A DNA stretch of 64,000 nt from Pocillopora damicornis. Lineage: Eukaryota. Position 1 is the stretch's first letter; every line of letters begins with the position of its first letter. A program made the position numbers and the translations under genes. Below the pieces are notes generated by a model. It was not told the DNA's origin. It saw nothing but the letters and a program-made list of their open reading frames with translations, and searched no databases. Shown piece after piece: positions 11,771 to 25,195 of the stretch. The stretch spans positions 682,001-746,000 of the forward strand of contig NW_020845558.1 of assembly GCF_003704095.1 (NCBI RefSeq), read 5' to 3'.

Positions 11771-13597
11771 TAGTTTGAATGGACAAAGATACGCTTATAT
11801 ATAAGAGAAGGAAGGGAACAATCACAGCCGCCATTAAAAGGCAGACAAAGCTCTGACCATCAAATTAAAGTCAGTACATTCTTTGATCAAAAGTAGGAGG
11901 GTTAGTTTCTTTATTCGATTCGGGCTTTTTGAATTTAAGGTGATATTTTTTATTAGATTGGTTTGTATATTCAGGGAAAATATACAAATATACTGAGAAA
12001 TAGTGATCCCAACTCTTGAAACTGCACCTATGAGGTTCAATTGTGAGCTTAAAAAAAGGAAAAAATTGCGCCAAAAAGGGTGGACTCTCAGAAAATCTAG
12101 GTAAAGAACAAGGAACCAATCAAAAACTTGACCATTAACAGTGGTGGTAATATTATGATGGCGGTGAAGTACGTAGGTGGTGTAAAGTCACATAATGTAT
12201 CACAGCTCAACTAGAGACCGTCTCGTTTTTTGTTTTTTTTTTTCTGTTTGCTCTTTAGTATCATACTCATTTGAAAAATATAGAAAAGGAGACTTTGACG
12301 GCAATTACAAACTTTAAGGATGGTGTTTGTCGTGTGTAAGTGATAAGGGAGGTTTTTTGGCAGCTCGTATAATAAACGTACTGCTGAACAAGAAAGAAAT
12401 TTTTAGATACTAGATACGAGTCGTCTTTTTAACTCCACTCCCTAAGATTGGAGATTGCTAAATGATAAAAAATTATCCTTTTAAATATCATTCTGGACGA
12501 ATGATCATGAAGATGGATTGAAAATCTTTTGGGTGGGAAACGATATAATTTTTCAGTTTTCTTTCCTATCTGGCTAGAGAATGATGCGTAACTTATATGA
12601 AATAGCTATGAAATTATGCGAGACTTAATCAATATTTCATGTAAAAATGAAATCTAAGTAAATTTCATCTACTTAGATTTTCCGTTTTTATTGTGGGTTT
12701 AATAGGTGTGTCAGATTTTTTTAAAATACGGTTCTAAATCGTGACAGGTCTTCATGTGTCAACTAAAGGCGGATTTCATAACAGAAATTTGTTCTGGAAA
12801 ATTTTTGACATCAATCAATTTTGCTCATCATTGCCAGACGTAAATAAAAAAATCATTGTTTATACCCATTGATACTTTGAATTTTAGGAGGAAGATAAAG
12901 TGTTTTTTTTTTTCGTTTTCATAATAATACCGGCGCAGTCGGTGTCAACAACTCGGAGATGAAAAACAATTTAAATTAGAAATAAGGATTAACAAGGCTT
13001 GAAGCAGGATAGAAAAAGGCGAACAAAGAAATTATGATGAAAATTTAATACAATATATTTGCAGAATTTACATTAGAATTAGTTTCATATCCTTCCATCG
13101 TTTCTTCCTACCATTTTTTGAGATAAATTTTTCCATCGGGCCAGTGCAAAGACGAGTAAAAACAGGAGCTTGGAGTATTCAACTGAAGAAGAACAATCTT
13201 CATTTGTTCTGTTACTCCTCGCCGTGCCGAACATGATACTCAGAGGTTACCTCCAGTGTTCCCAGTGAGCTGAAAATTGATATTTATTTTTGTTGCATTG
13301 CGTTTAAGAGAAAAGCACAGAGGAACCCCGGCCAGGGTAGAAAACCGAACCTTACCGAAAGAAATATCTGAGGAAGTCGATACACGGAACCAGAGAAACT
13401 ATAAAAAATGGATTTCGGTCCAAACTAAGTGAAGTTATATCAGCACTCTTTGAGAGCTAAACTACATAGGATTTTCTCAATATTAATCTCAAGAGACTGA
13501 ACACCTGCCGATGTACTAGACACGTTCACAATTGAAAAATTTGAATTAGAATTATGTTCCTGATTCATCAGCTAGAAATTAAAAATGTGGGATGCCC

Positions 13598-14608
13598 CTA
13601 TAGATGTGTATTATACGCTTGCCTTCTCTCGTTTATTCTAACTGACTTTTTTCTTCCTTTATGCGGAAAAATCTTTCTCAAGAAATACTGAAACGTGGCT
13701 TGAAATTTTGCAAACCTGTAGGAATATAACACAGGATTCAAAGCAGAATTTAAGATAGCAAACAATTGCGCTGCATAGGTGCAAACCATCACCGTTTTTC
13801 GATGACTGTGGCAACCTTTGCAAAAGTATATCACGAATTGATTTCCCAGCCATGGTATAAAACAGAGGTAAAATACAAAAATAACTGAAAGGATAACTTT
13901 GAAAACTTTTTTCTCTCTCTGATAAGCCAAAGCTGTATTTGATTGTGAATTACTAACCACTATTCTTGAGTGGGAGTGTTTGGAAAGATTTCTCAGAGTA
14001 ACGAAGTACAGAATACAAATGCATTCAGAGCAAATAAACAGCAGTACAACAGAAACAAACCAAATAAGAAGGAAATATTGTTGCAGGAGGCTGAAAGTTA
14101 ATGCATAGCAAATAGAATACACCCATATAGCGCTAGATGCGATCGTCACTGTCTTTTTGGTTATTATCACTCGATATTTTAGAGGTGTTGCCAATGCATA
14201 GTACCTGTCGATAGTCAGCAACAACACATTGCCAACAGAGACTACCAAGGACGAACAACTAAGTATCACAATGATGTATCCTAAAGATGGAGCTGCCTTT
14301 CCAATTCGGAAAAACCACACGGCTGCCCCAGGGCCAATCATCAACCCCACAATCAAGTCCGCTTCTGATAATGACAAAAGTATGAGGTTTGAAGGAGAGT
14401 TTTTCAGGATCTTCAAAGGGTCTTTGTAGACTGCAATGATTACAAGTGCATTCCCCACCACAGTTATCAGTGATAACAATGAGTAGATGAAGCCAAAAAT
14501 CGTCGCTATTCCACGAGACTCGGGGGCTTTCAGCTCTTCAATAAATACGTCAATGGCTGATTGTACTGAGGCGTTCCAGAAATTCATGTGCCCTAGCAGT
14601 GCCGCCAT
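13598..14608 (-). CDS. Intronless class A (rhodopsin-like) GPCR, type A, 336 aa
   Basis: Seven hydrophobic segments; GN (TM1), LSEADL (TM2), DRY, FYLCFIP (TM6), NPVLY (TM7); CKGC in ECL3. Confidence 0.92.
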   Translation of the reverse strand: MAALLGHMNFWNASVQSAIDVFIEELKAPESRGIATIFGFIYSLLSLITVVGNALVIIAVYKDPLKILKNSPSNLILLSLSEADLIVGLMIGPGAAVWFFRIGKAAPSLGYIIVILSCSSLVVSVGNVLLLTIDRYYALATPLKYRVIITKKTVTIASSAIWVYSICYALTFSLLQQYFLLIWFVSVVLLFICSECICILYFVTLRNLSKHSHSRIVVSNSQSNTALAYQREKKVFKVILSVIFVFYLCFIPWLGNQFVIYFCKGCHSHRKTVMVCTYAAQLFAILNSALNPVLYSYRFAKFQATFQYFLRKIFPHKGRKKSVRINERRQAYNTHL

Positions 14609-15494
14609 GATATTTCCTGTGGCTTCCGAGGCCGAGAGAATGTAGAGTTCGAAGATTTTATGAGATTTTTGTTAACTCTTTTCTATAGAAAGTGAATGAA
14701 TCTTCTTTTGCTGTGCCGTCAGCTTTCGTGGAAATTCTCGATTTTCAGCACGACTTTGCTTAGAGTTTTTTTTATCTCTCATTAATTGGTGTAAAGGAAA
14801 AGAATGGTTGTAATTAAATTTTACCGTTAATTTTCTGTTCATTTGAAGAAAAACTAGGATTGTACTTGCGTCAGCTAGCGGAAGTGTGATGACATCTTTC
14901 AGATAGAAACGAATATTAACTGATTTCGCATGTAATGTTGTTTTTAAAGGGAACACTTTCATTGGAGGGTTTGTCAACTGTGCATTAGTATACAAGTACA
15001 GATATAATATATATGCAAATATTGTTTATTTAGATATAAACTTAAAAGGCTGGAAACATAATTAAACTTTAAAAATAATGTGACCTTAAAATATTTGCAG
15101 CACGAAAGGTGATCTAATGGATAACCTAAGATGAATGTAATGCCGTTAAGGGTATAGGACCGTGGTGACTTTTCTGATAAAATTATTTATTTTTTTGCGG
15201 TTGAATTTTATTTTAAAGTGTTGGACATTAACGCCATATTACTGAGTAATGATAAAGAGGAAGGAAAGGAACAAATGACTTTTTGTTTGTTGAATTTGGT
15301 CGAAATTAGAGAAAGCGAGTTCTTTAATTATTTTTCATTGAATCCAAGAGAATCCTCTCATGTCGAATCGTGATGATTGTCGAGAGAACATTCTTCATTT
15401 TTCAAAGGAAGTCGACAAGGTGGACTCTTCCGCGTAAGGTTCCTCGTTAGTTATAGTAATACAGACAGAGTGGCGGATTATGCGAGGGAAGGAA

Positions 15495-15770
15495 GGAGTA
15501 GACTGATCATTTATTTATCACCTGGCAGATGTGGAGATAGGATTTTGTTGTGTCACTATAAAATTTATCTGATCCCCCTATAAGGCTCTGTAATATTGTT
15601 ATGATCCCCCTCATTGGCAGTCAATTTTCTAAATTCCCCCCTTTATACACTGTTGTTGACGGCTGATACCTCCTCTGTCCCCCCCTGAAAACCATGTGAT
15701 CCCCATAAAATACTTCGCCCACCCCCCCCCCCCCCCCCCCCCCAAGTGTTATGAATTATGATAGGTCGCT
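15495..15770. repeat. Probable MITE-like interspersed repeat with a poly-C tract
   Basis: Repeated tgatcccc motifs, poly-C at 15722-15743, and degenerate inverted ends (gactgatcattta...tgaattatgataggtc). Confidence 0.4.
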
Positions 15771-16287
15771 ACGTTGGAAGGACTCTCTAAGACTGATACA
15801 GGCAGATGGGTTGATTTAGGGACAAAACTTCTACAAGCAGACTGGTTAATTCAGAGCATGGATCTGACATAGCCAATGGGGCTGGGCGAGAGGGTGGAGA
15901 AGGTTTGTACCGCGGGCAAAGCTGATTCAGACCGATGCGGGGTAACGCGAAGATGGAACACAGGGGCATGGCTGTTGGGCTGGTTTGGTGGGTGGTCTTG
16001 TGCACTGGTACAGTTTGTGAAGCTGATGCAGGCAGACGAACTCGATGAGTATTTGAGTCGTTTGTTGCACAAAGTGCGGCAAATCATGTCAGCTTGTGTG
16101 AGAGGAATCGCGTCGTCCTTCATCCTAGCGTGAAGGTAGTAACAAGGGCGGTATGTGTAAAATTATTAGTAAGAATAATACATACCANNNNNNNNNNNNN
16201 NNNNNNNNNNNNNNNNNNNNNNNNNNNNNNNNNNNNNNNNNNNNNNNNNNNNNNNNNNNNNNNNNNNNNNNNNNNNNNNNNNNNNNN

Positions 16288-16324
16288 AGTTCCAAATGTT
16301 GTAGTGGCCAAGAACGGCTGCCAT
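16288..16324 (-). CDS. 5' start of a type B GPCR copy, truncated by an assembly gap
   Basis: Reverse strand reads ggttgaaATGGCAGCCGTTCTTGGCCACTACAACATTTGGAAC = MAAVLGHYNIWN. The upstream 0.7 kb matches the upstream regions of the 24031 and 32031 genes. Confidence 0.75.
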
Positions 16325-17439
16325 TTCAACCTGTTATCTGGGTTAATTCCTCGATGGAGTCTGCAACTCGGTGACTCGTGTAAAAATAAGTCGTATGTTG
16401 AAGACACTTTGGTTCGCTTTGACCTCAAGAAGATAATGACAATATAAAGTTTGCGGTTGTATTGAAGTATATTGGAAGCTTCTGTTTCCAATTGTGTATT
16501 CTCTCCACTTTGACTCCAAAAAATTCTTCTTTAAAGCAGAAGACGAGACTTTTACAAAGAAAACAAGAAAACTATACACACAAAAACCTAATCGTACTTC
16601 TATGTTTACGATTATGATTCAACCTTCGTCTTTCAATTTGTGAAAATGCTCATGACATGCTTCTTTATCTTCATCGTCATTAAGACGGAAACGATATTTT
16701 AACAACTACTAATATCCTTATTGTTCAAAACCGTCTTATTGTTTTTAGATGCCCCCTCAAATCTCCTTTTGTGAAAGATATTGATGCATGCGGTTGGATC
16801 ACGTAACAATCAACTAACAATTTGGTTTGGCCAACTTTCACAGTTCAAAAATTTAATCAATGATTATACTCATATTATTCTATTGTCTTAAATTCTTTTA
16901 GAGACTTTAATCATGCAAAAATATTTGCTTTATAGCGCAAATAAAAAAGTTTCAACAACTTGACGAGATTGCTTAATTGCATGCAACTTTCGATAGCGTC
17001 CCTTCTCATAAATCATATCAGTTATTAATCTCTCTATATCTTTGTACACTAGTAAGAGACTCCTCAAAGAGACCGAATCACTTTTTAACCACGAGGCAAC
17101 ACATTGTCAAAAGCTTAATTTTCAGCTGAGCATCACTGAATAACTTAGTCATCTCCTCGTGAGTACGATAGCGTATGATGATTAGTTTGAAATGAAGATC
17201 GTGAAATTTGAATACGACCTAACCAATTAGCTTTCGCCTCGGCGCATTAGTTCAATTACATGCTCACAAATTGCTGAAACAGCAAATATTAACATCCTGT
17301 CATTATCTTGGCCTAGTTTACAAACAATGTGATGTTCGGAATCTCCTTAATTAGAGTCCTCAAAGCAAATCACAAACCTCATGTAAATCCGACAAGGGAC
17401 TTAACTTCAGCTACTTTCTACATTTGAATTGCGTTTTGA

Positions 17440-17997
17440 ATGAGAATGACTGCGCTTGTGAGCCATCGCGATTTTTGGAATATGACAAGCAAAGAAACTT
17501 TCAATGTACTCTGGCTGAGAGTGGACAACTTAGAGACTATAACTGTAACCTTTGTCATTCTTGGAATCGCATGTGCTCCGATAATTTTCTTTGGATACTC
17601 GTTGGTCATTTGGTCAATTTGGAAAGACCCCCTAAAGAAGCTTCGCAGATCGCCATCTGGGTTGATCGTGTTATCAATGGCCACTGCCGATTTTCTTGTT
17701 GGATCAGTTCTACTCCCTACAGCCGTGACTTGGGGTTGGTCCATGTTTCATTTCAAAATTCCCCGAATTCCATACCTGGCGGTCAGTGCAGTCTTCGTCT
17801 ACGTTAGCGTTGGTCATATCTTCCTCCTAACACTTGACAGATTCTTTGCCATCGTAACACCGCTTCAGTATCGAGCTGTTGTCACGCCTAAAGGAATCAG
17901 TGTTGCTATTGTTAGCCGTTGGATTTATTTCTTCATCTTTGAAATTACCTTTGGCTTATTGCAACACCGATACTTTATCATAATGGAAACTGCGTAC
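17440..17997 (+). CDS. Class A GPCR type C, copy 1 (TM1 to start of TM5; 3' end in gap)
   Basis: Close paralog of 19790-20782: GYSLV, SMATADFL, LTLDRF. Substitutions at conserved positions (GN>GY, SCW>SRW, GI>EI) may indicate decay. Confidence 0.85.
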
Positions 17998-19599
17998 NNN
18001 NNNNNNNNNNNNNNNNNNNNNNNNNNNNNNNNNNNNNNNNNNNNNNNNNNNNNNNNNNNNNNNNNNNNNNNNNNNNNNNNNNNNNNNNNNNNNNNNNAAA
18101 GTTAACGGTTCTTTCTTTCATTAGATCACCTTGTCATTGTTGAAACAAATGCTTTGTCTCGTAATGTTTATCTTGCCTTAAGAGGAATCCTTCTCTTTGT
18201 CAAGCGAAAGGCTGTGTCAACAGTGAAAATGTAAACGCACCGGTGAGGTACGTTTACATTTGAGGGCCTTGCCTTTTTCTTCGTTGAGCCAGCTTAATTA
18301 CTTTAGTAAATCTTTCTAACATTTGCATTTATGGACATATTTAGTTTGAAGGTTTTTTTTCGGTTCACATGCCAATCTTTTTATTAATTTTCGCCAACAG
18401 CAATTCAAATATTATTTTATTATATCATAATCTTAGAATGCATCAGTCGCAATACAGTAGCGGATAGCAGACACTTTAAACTTTGGAACAAAATTTTAAA
18501 GTTATTGTGAGATTTTCTAGATCTTGGGTTGTTCTAGAGAATAATTTTTGGTAGTTGAAATTAAGACCCTAAAGAGTGTACTAAGACAAATTATCTGCAT
18601 AACAAAAGAGTGGCATTTTCAATTTTTATTTCGGACAGATGCAAAGAAATAGACACGGTACTCAAAGTCACTTCTGTCACTGAAAGCAAGTAACAAATGA
18701 CAGCATTTCTCTCTTGGTACACATCTTTATAGTGTTTAAACAGCCCGCTGAGGAAATGGACATTTTTTTTGTTTATTTTAGAACAGATATAATAACGGTG
18801 TTCAGTTTAGGTTTAATGTTTTAGTAAATTGTTGCTTTCGGCTGGCGAATTTTCTTTCGTGTTTGCTCAAGGAAGCTTATGACAACTGAGTCATACTATT
18901 GTTCAAAGTTGGAGACAGCTAAGTAATTTTCACTGTCCGTCAACTGGCAATTGGTAACATTAAAACGTAAGGGGATAATTTTCGAATTCTTCTTCGGAAA
19001 ATAACGCACCAAGACGCTGGGCAGAGAAAACCAAGGAAACCTCAGTTAAATATAGGCTTCAGGAATAGCTTCCATCCCCGGTTCTTCGCCAACTAGCGGA
19101 AGACTGATAAAGTAAATTACCAACTTTATACTTATCACTGAACACGCCTTCAAATTGCAAGAAATAGGTCCTGAACAGGTCTCGTCATTAGCGATGCTGA
19201 CTCCTTTATTAGCTATTTTTATTTTGTGGTGGATTCGGGTCGCGAAGACATATTTTATTCGAAATTTTTGTGGTGTAGTATGGTTGAGTATTTTTACGAG
19301 TTGTGCCGTAGTTTGACAAGATCGTAGGGCAAGTCAAAATACAAACAACGAGTTTTGAAAAATTGAACTTGGAGCCACCCTGCAACTTCAATCAGCTTAA
19401 CGGAGATAGTAAGTAAGTAAAGCCTTTTTTTAACAAGGGTGGCTCAAAATGGTAATTGAAAAATCCTAATTAACCAGTGTTTAAAATTTAAACAGACATT
19501 AGGAAATGTTTAAAATCTTCTTCTTCAAACCATAGAATAATTTTAAATTTGTAGAAATAAGTTCACGCAAATTGTTATGATCAGGTAAAACAATAATCC

Positions 19600-19789
19600 T
19601 GGCAGGTGAGCTGTAATTTTACCAGTTGTATTCAAAAAGGCCTGAAAAAAAAGGAAAAATTGAACCTTCGAAGGAGTTCGAACCCGAGGCTTCCGGGTAC
19701 AAGTTAGGCTCAAATACCAACTGCAGAGCTGCGATTGCAATTGCTTAAATTGCTGATCATCTGCGAGTATCATTGCTTTCCTCGATGTT
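19600..19789 (-). mobile_element. Degenerate tRNA-derived SINE-like remnant abutting the GPCR stop codon
   Basis: B-box-like ggttcgaactcc on the minus strand (about 19673-19685), plus caattgcttaaattgc. Its start is also seen at about 33945-33991. Confidence 0.4.
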
Positions 19790-20782
19790 TTAAAGCCTAG
19801 TGTTGTAAAACTGATGCTCAGTGAATTGTCCACTTTGATTATTTCGCCTTTTTAACAGGTGCATGAAAGTCTCCCGATATTTTGGAAACCTCCATGCGTA
19901 TATGAATGGATTCACACCCGAGTTTGCGTGCATTAAACTTGTTGAAACAACGTAACTCAAACATAAGTTAGATAAATCGTTAAAACAAGGCAGACAGAAA
20001 TAGATAAGAAAGTGAGTCACAAACCAAGGTATGAAACAAAGTAGATAGGCGCAAATGACAACTGCTATAGCTTTGCAAAGCCCTCTTTCCCGTTGAAGGA
20101 TCATCTGACGTTGAGTTGTTGATTGGTGTGTAAATTCCGACTTCTGGCAATACGAATGGAAGCGTTTTACCATCACAGCAGACATTACAGATATGCCAAG
20201 GAGAATGCTGATAATTTGAATATTGTACGCAGTTTGCATTATAATAAAATATTGGTGTTGCAATAAGCCAAAGATAATTCCAAAGATGAAGAAATAGATC
20301 CAACAGCTAACAATAGCAACACTGATTCTTTTAGGCGTGACAACAGCTCGATACTGAAGCGGTGTTACAATGGCAAAGAATCTATCAAGTGTTAGAAGGA
20401 AGATGTGACCAACACTAACGTTGACGAAGATTGCACTGACCGCCAAGTATGGAATTCGGGGCTTTTTGAAATGAAACATGGACCAACCCCAAGACGTGGC
20501 TGTAGGAAGTAGAAATGATCCAACAAGAAAATCGGCAGTGGCCATTGATAACACGATCAACCCAGATGGCGATCTGCGAAGCTTCTTTAGAGGATCTTTC
20601 CAAATTGACCAAATGACCAACGAGTTTCCAAAGACAATTACCGGAGTACATGCGATTCCAAGGATGACAAAGGTTACAGATATAGTCTCTAAGTTGTCCA
20701 CTCTTAGCCAGAGTACATTTAAAGTTTCTTCGCTCGTCATATTCCAAAAATCGTGGTGGCCAACAAGCGCAGCCATTCTCAT
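19790..20782 (-). CDS. Intronless class A GPCR type C, copy 2 (330 aa, complete)
   Basis: GN, SMATADFL, DRF, YLLCFIPW, NPFIY; CLPC in ECL3. Confidence 0.92.
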   Translation of the reverse strand: MRMAALVGHHDFWNMTSEETLNVLWLRVDNLETISVTFVILGIACTPVIVFGNSLVIWSIWKDPLKKLRRSPSGLIVLSMATADFLVGSFLLPTATSWGWSMFHFKKPRIPYLAVSAIFVNVSVGHIFLLTLDRFFAIVTPLQYRAVVTPKRISVAIVSCWIYFFIFGIIFGLLQHQYFIIMQTAYNIQIISILLGISVMSAVMVKRFHSYCQKSEFTHQSTTQRQMILQRERGLCKAIAVVICAYLLCFIPWFVTHFLIYFCLPCFNDLSNLCLSYVVSTSLMHANSGVNPFIYAWRFPKYRETFMHLLKRRNNQSGQFTEHQFYNTRL

Positions 20783-22037
20783 TCAAAACGAAGTTGAAAT
20801 GTAAAAAGCAGCTGAAATTAGGTCCCTTGTCTGATTTACATGAAGTTTGTGATTCGCTTTGAGGACTCTAATTAGGGAGATTCCGAACTTGGCATTGTTT
20901 ATAAACTTGGCCAAGATAATGACAGGATGTTAATATATGTTTTTTCAGCAAATCGTGAGCATGTAATTGAACTAATGCGCCGAGGCGAAAGCTAATTGGT
21001 TAGGTCGTGTTCAAATGTCACGATCTTCATTTCAAACTAATCATCATGCGCTATCGTACTCACGAGGGGATTACCAAGTTATTAGTGCTCAGCTGAGAAT
21101 TAAACTTTTGAAAATGTGCTTACTTTGAGCTTGAAAAGTGATTCGGTCTCTTTTAGGGGTCTCTCACTGGCGTACAAAGATAAAAAGAGATTCAAGCGCG
21201 TTCACACCAGCCGAGCATTTTTAAAAAAATACAATTTAGTCGCTGAAGAAAAATATTTAAGAACGTTGACGCTAGCGACCGAAACGTCCGACTTTGAATG
21301 ATGGACAAGATTGACTTGTTTTTGTGACCAGCCAAGGAAACACAAACATTTGTTATACTGGTGCGTGGGCGAAACGTACGAGGACATATCAATATCTACC
21401 GTTGCATTCAGCTGTCACTCTTTTTCGTTAATGGAGAGCTGGTAGGTATCTAGAGTACAATAAACTGCAAATTTGAAATATTGACCATCGCTTGAATATT
21501 TAGATTAGCTGTGAACATGAGATGTATTTGGCAGTTCAGTTTTAATCAGGGTCAGTATAAAGGCTATATAGGAATACTGCCGTTAACGTCATTCTCAAAG
21601 TCATCAATGAAGTTATATTCCCTCATAGAATAGAGAGATAAAGTGATTAAAAACAATGTAATGATTTAGAAATAAGAGCCATAAGGGTTTTACATGAAAG
21701 CAGTAAAGGTACTTTTGTACATCACATCAGGGAAGATTTTCTGTTGTACATCGTAATTGCTGGACCTGACCAAGATAAACATTGGAATTTGAAGGAGCCT
21801 TTTTGCATCAGACTTTATGATCTTGGTTTGACTGATTGACTTTGAGGACCAATGTTATTGGCAGGGACGGCGGTAGGAAGGCGTGATATTGATTTTGCAT
21901 ATCGTTAATGCCTAACGTCAGTCATATGAGTTTTCTTAGGAAGGTATTTTTCAAAAGATATGAAATGTAAATTTTTGTTGTTGAAATTAATCAAAATGTG
22001 TTGTTTGAACTAAGCAGCTTTAAACATATTTATTGAT

Positions 22038-22138
22038 TACCTTTTTTTCTTGATTAAATGCCTTCGGCGTTTATTTAAAATCGACAGTTTTGACTCAGCG
22101 TTTTTTCGAGGCCCGCGTTTAATCGAGAAAATACGGTA
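22038..22138. mobile_element. Short Tc1/mariner-type MITE remnant (TA-CC...aaaatacgg-TA)
   Basis: The right end aatcgagaaaatacggta is the inverse of the taccgtattttctcga end at 28010. It starts a 1.2-kb block that is absent from the paralogous spacer at about 30980. Confidence 0.5.
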
Positions 22139-24030
22139 CATCGTTGTCGAATCCGATGCAATTCGCGACTCATTACTATCTATTCATAGACTGGATGGGA
22201 GAAGGGGAGGCGTTGAGGGGGAGGGGGGCAGGAGAAGGGGAAAGGAGAGGGGGGAGGGGCGGACGAGAAAGTGTTTGGCTCGAGGACATGACATACGGAA
22301 CGAGCGCAGCGAGGTCCGTGAACCATGACTGAGAGCCAAATATTTTCTCGACGACCTTTTGCAGACTTCTTATAATTTTTATCCTTCGTACTTATCATCA
22401 GTGCTCTGTGATCACGTTTAGCTTTTACAGATGATCCAAAAGACGGAGACTAGTACCAAATCAGAAGCACAAATTCGCTGAGGGTCCTGAAAAGAAAAAA
22501 ATCTCTTCAACTCCATTTCCATCCATTGTTACTTGTGCATTTTTGGATTAAGTGGCCCATGCCGTGGTTTAGCAAATTTGGTTTTGAACTTATTGCGATA
22601 TGCATGGTGACTCCCAAAGGACACTTTGAAGAGCTTTTAGAAGCAACTACCAGCCTGAGGCTGTAGTCAGATGGCAAAAGAGGCAACTTCCTCAATGTTT
22701 GAAATACAACCCTGTAAACATGTAATAGTGGTATAATTGTAATTACTGGTCACTGTTGTTGCAACTTCTCGGTCCTCTTACTCTGGCTCGGAAGTATTAC
22801 GTTTACGATATGCATAGGGCATCAGTTGTTTTGCATTTATCCTTTTTGAACCATTTCTGGTTAACTGCGTATTTTTGGACGTGAAATAACGGTCCTCCGG
22901 TGACTTGATCTATTTCCTTATTTTCCTATTAATTTATAACATTTCAGCCGAGGGAATAAACTTTACATCCGCGTACATGGAATAAGCAGTATTTCATGAA
23001 GTGTAAATTTCAATTCAATTTCTCTTTGCGCACAATTACTTGAAAAAATTCGCCACGTAGAAGAAGCACTCCAGTCTACAGTTAGGGGAAAGAGGGAAGG
23101 ATATTTCAGGAAATTCTATTTTCAAAGAATCTACCTATTGAGTTACGAAGTCCCCTACGTAAATGTTATGAATTACGCTTTTTTTGAACTGCAACAAGGA
23201 ACAGCATCCGTGACACAGTTAACCCCCTTTAAAATCATTAGAAAGTTATTTATCGTTCACAATTTCTGGGTGTTCGTTCAATTCATTTAAGCAAACTATC
23301 CTTAAAATCGTTTTGCTGTAAGGTTAATATATACGCTGTAATTGATATGATCTATGAGAAGGGACGCCATCGAAAGATGCATGCAATCAAGCAATCTCGT
23401 CAAGTTGTTGAAACTTTTTTATTTGCGCTATAAAGCAAATCTTTTGGCGTGGATAAAAGGCCCTTAAAGAAGTAAAGACAATAAAATAATATGAGTATAA
23501 TCATTGATTAAATTTTTGAACTGTGAAAGTTGGCCTAACCAAATTGTTGGTTGATTGTTACGTGATCCAACCGTATATCTTTCACAAAGGGAAATTTGAG
23601 GGGGCATCTAAAAAAAATAATAAACGATTCTGAACACTAAGGATATTAGTAGTTATCAAAATGTCGTTTCCGTCTTAATGACGTCAATGAAGAGAAAAAA
23701 GCATGTCGTAATCATTTTCACAGATTGAAAGACGAAGGTTGAATCATAGACGTAAACATAGAAGTACGATTAGGTTTTTGTTTGTACAGTTTTCTTGTTT
23801 TCTTGTAAAAGTCTCGTTTTCTGCTGTAAGAAGCATTTATTGGAGCCGAAGTAGAGATAATACATAATTGGAAATAGAGGCTTCCAATATACTTCAATAA
23901 CACCGCAAACTTTATATCGTCATTATCTTCTTGAGGTCCAAGGGAGCCAAAGTGTCTTCAAAATACGACTTATTTTTACACGAGTCACCGAGTTGCAGAC
24001 TTCATCGGGAAAACCAGATAATAGGTTGAA

Positions 24031-25014
24031 ATGGCGGCCGTTCATGGCCACTACAACATCTGGAACGTAACAAGCGAGCAAGCTCTTCAAGAAGGATGGC
24101 TAAGCCTACAAAACGTGAGGACACTTTCAGCGATCAGCGCTGCCCTATCCATAGCAATGGCACCAGTAATCGTATTTGGAAATATTTTGGTCTTAGTTGC
24201 AGTTTGGAAAGATCCCCTCAAGAAACTCCGATCATCACCCTCTAACCTCATTTTGACATCCATGGCCATAGCAGACCTATTAGTTGGCTTGGTGGTTTGT
24301 CCGATAACTGCTTATTGGGGCTTGGTGATATCTGTCCGAGGAGAATCACCGCTAGATCTTTCTGTGATATTTGCCATCAACGTTTTCTCTGTAAACGTGA
24401 GTTTTGGCCATATGTTCCTTCTAACAGTGGACAGAGTCTTCGCCGTAACTACGCCACTTCGTTACCGTGTAACAGTTACAAATAAGAGAGTTTTTATTGC
24501 CAACTGTGCTTGCTGGATTTATTTCATAGCTTTTGGCATTGCATTCCTCGTGTTGCGCGATTTATTTGCCATAATGGGGGCTGTCGACAACTTTCAACTT
24601 CTATTTATGCTTTTGGGCATGTTGGCCATGTACGTAATGATCTTAAACTACTTTCACCGATACTCCAAAGAAAGAGCAGAAGGACACTCACTCAGAGATC
24701 GTAACATTATAATGCAAAGAGAAAAAGATCTCTTTAAGGCAATCTCAGTTGTCGTCTGCGCAATTCTCATCTGTTACATGCCGTGGTTAATCGTTAGTAC
24801 GTTGATCTACTTTTGCAAAGCGTGCCATCCACATTTACCATTACTGATGGTTTCTCTCGGATTTTCAGGAAGTCTGACATGCGCAAACTCGGGTTTAAAC
24901 CCATTTTTGTATACGTGGCGACTCCCAAAGTATAGAGAAACATTAATATACTTTTGGAGGCAACTAATTTTAAAGAAAGGAAAAGCTAACAAATCAAAAT
25001 TTACGATATCTTAA
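24031..25014 (+). CDS. Intronless class A GPCR type B (327 aa, complete)
   Basis: GN, SMAIADLL, DRV, ILICYMPW, NPFLY; CKAC in ECL3. Confidence 0.92.
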   Translation: MAAVHGHYNIWNVTSEQALQEGWLSLQNVRTLSAISAALSIAMAPVIVFGNILVLVAVWKDPLKKLRSSPSNLILTSMAIADLLVGLVVCPITAYWGLVISVRGESPLDLSVIFAINVFSVNVSFGHMFLLTVDRVFAVTTPLRYRVTVTNKRVFIANCACWIYFIAFGIAFLVLRDLFAIMGAVDNFQLLFMLLGMLAMYVMILNYFHRYSKERAEGHSLRDRNIIMQREKDLFKAISVVVCAILICYMPWLIVSTLIYFCKACHPHLPLLMVSLGFSGSLTCANSGLNPFLYTWRLPKYRETLIYFWRQLILKKGKANKSKFTIS

Positions 25015-25195
25015 AGCTTCTGTCGAGGGTTTAGTTGTCAGAAAGCACGAACCTTGAATAAAGAGATCTAATTGTCCTAGAAGGATGGTGTTGAATATTT
25101 AATATCTGCCGCGTTTCAAACAATCACCAGAAGGACCGTAGGGGTTAGTTGATCGCTTGATGGAAGTACGACGTCAGCATCTGAAGATAGAGAGA

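Noticed and set aside
17418-20804. Overlapping and antisense ORFs (MDQPQ..., MNENGCAC...)
   Set aside because: Alternative-frame shadows of the GPCR coding sequences; they recur only because the GPCRs are duplicated.
21236-21300. CTGAAGA...CGAAAC as a hammerhead ribozyme
   Set aside because: No convincing stem II, and the paralog at about 30200 has CTCAAGA.
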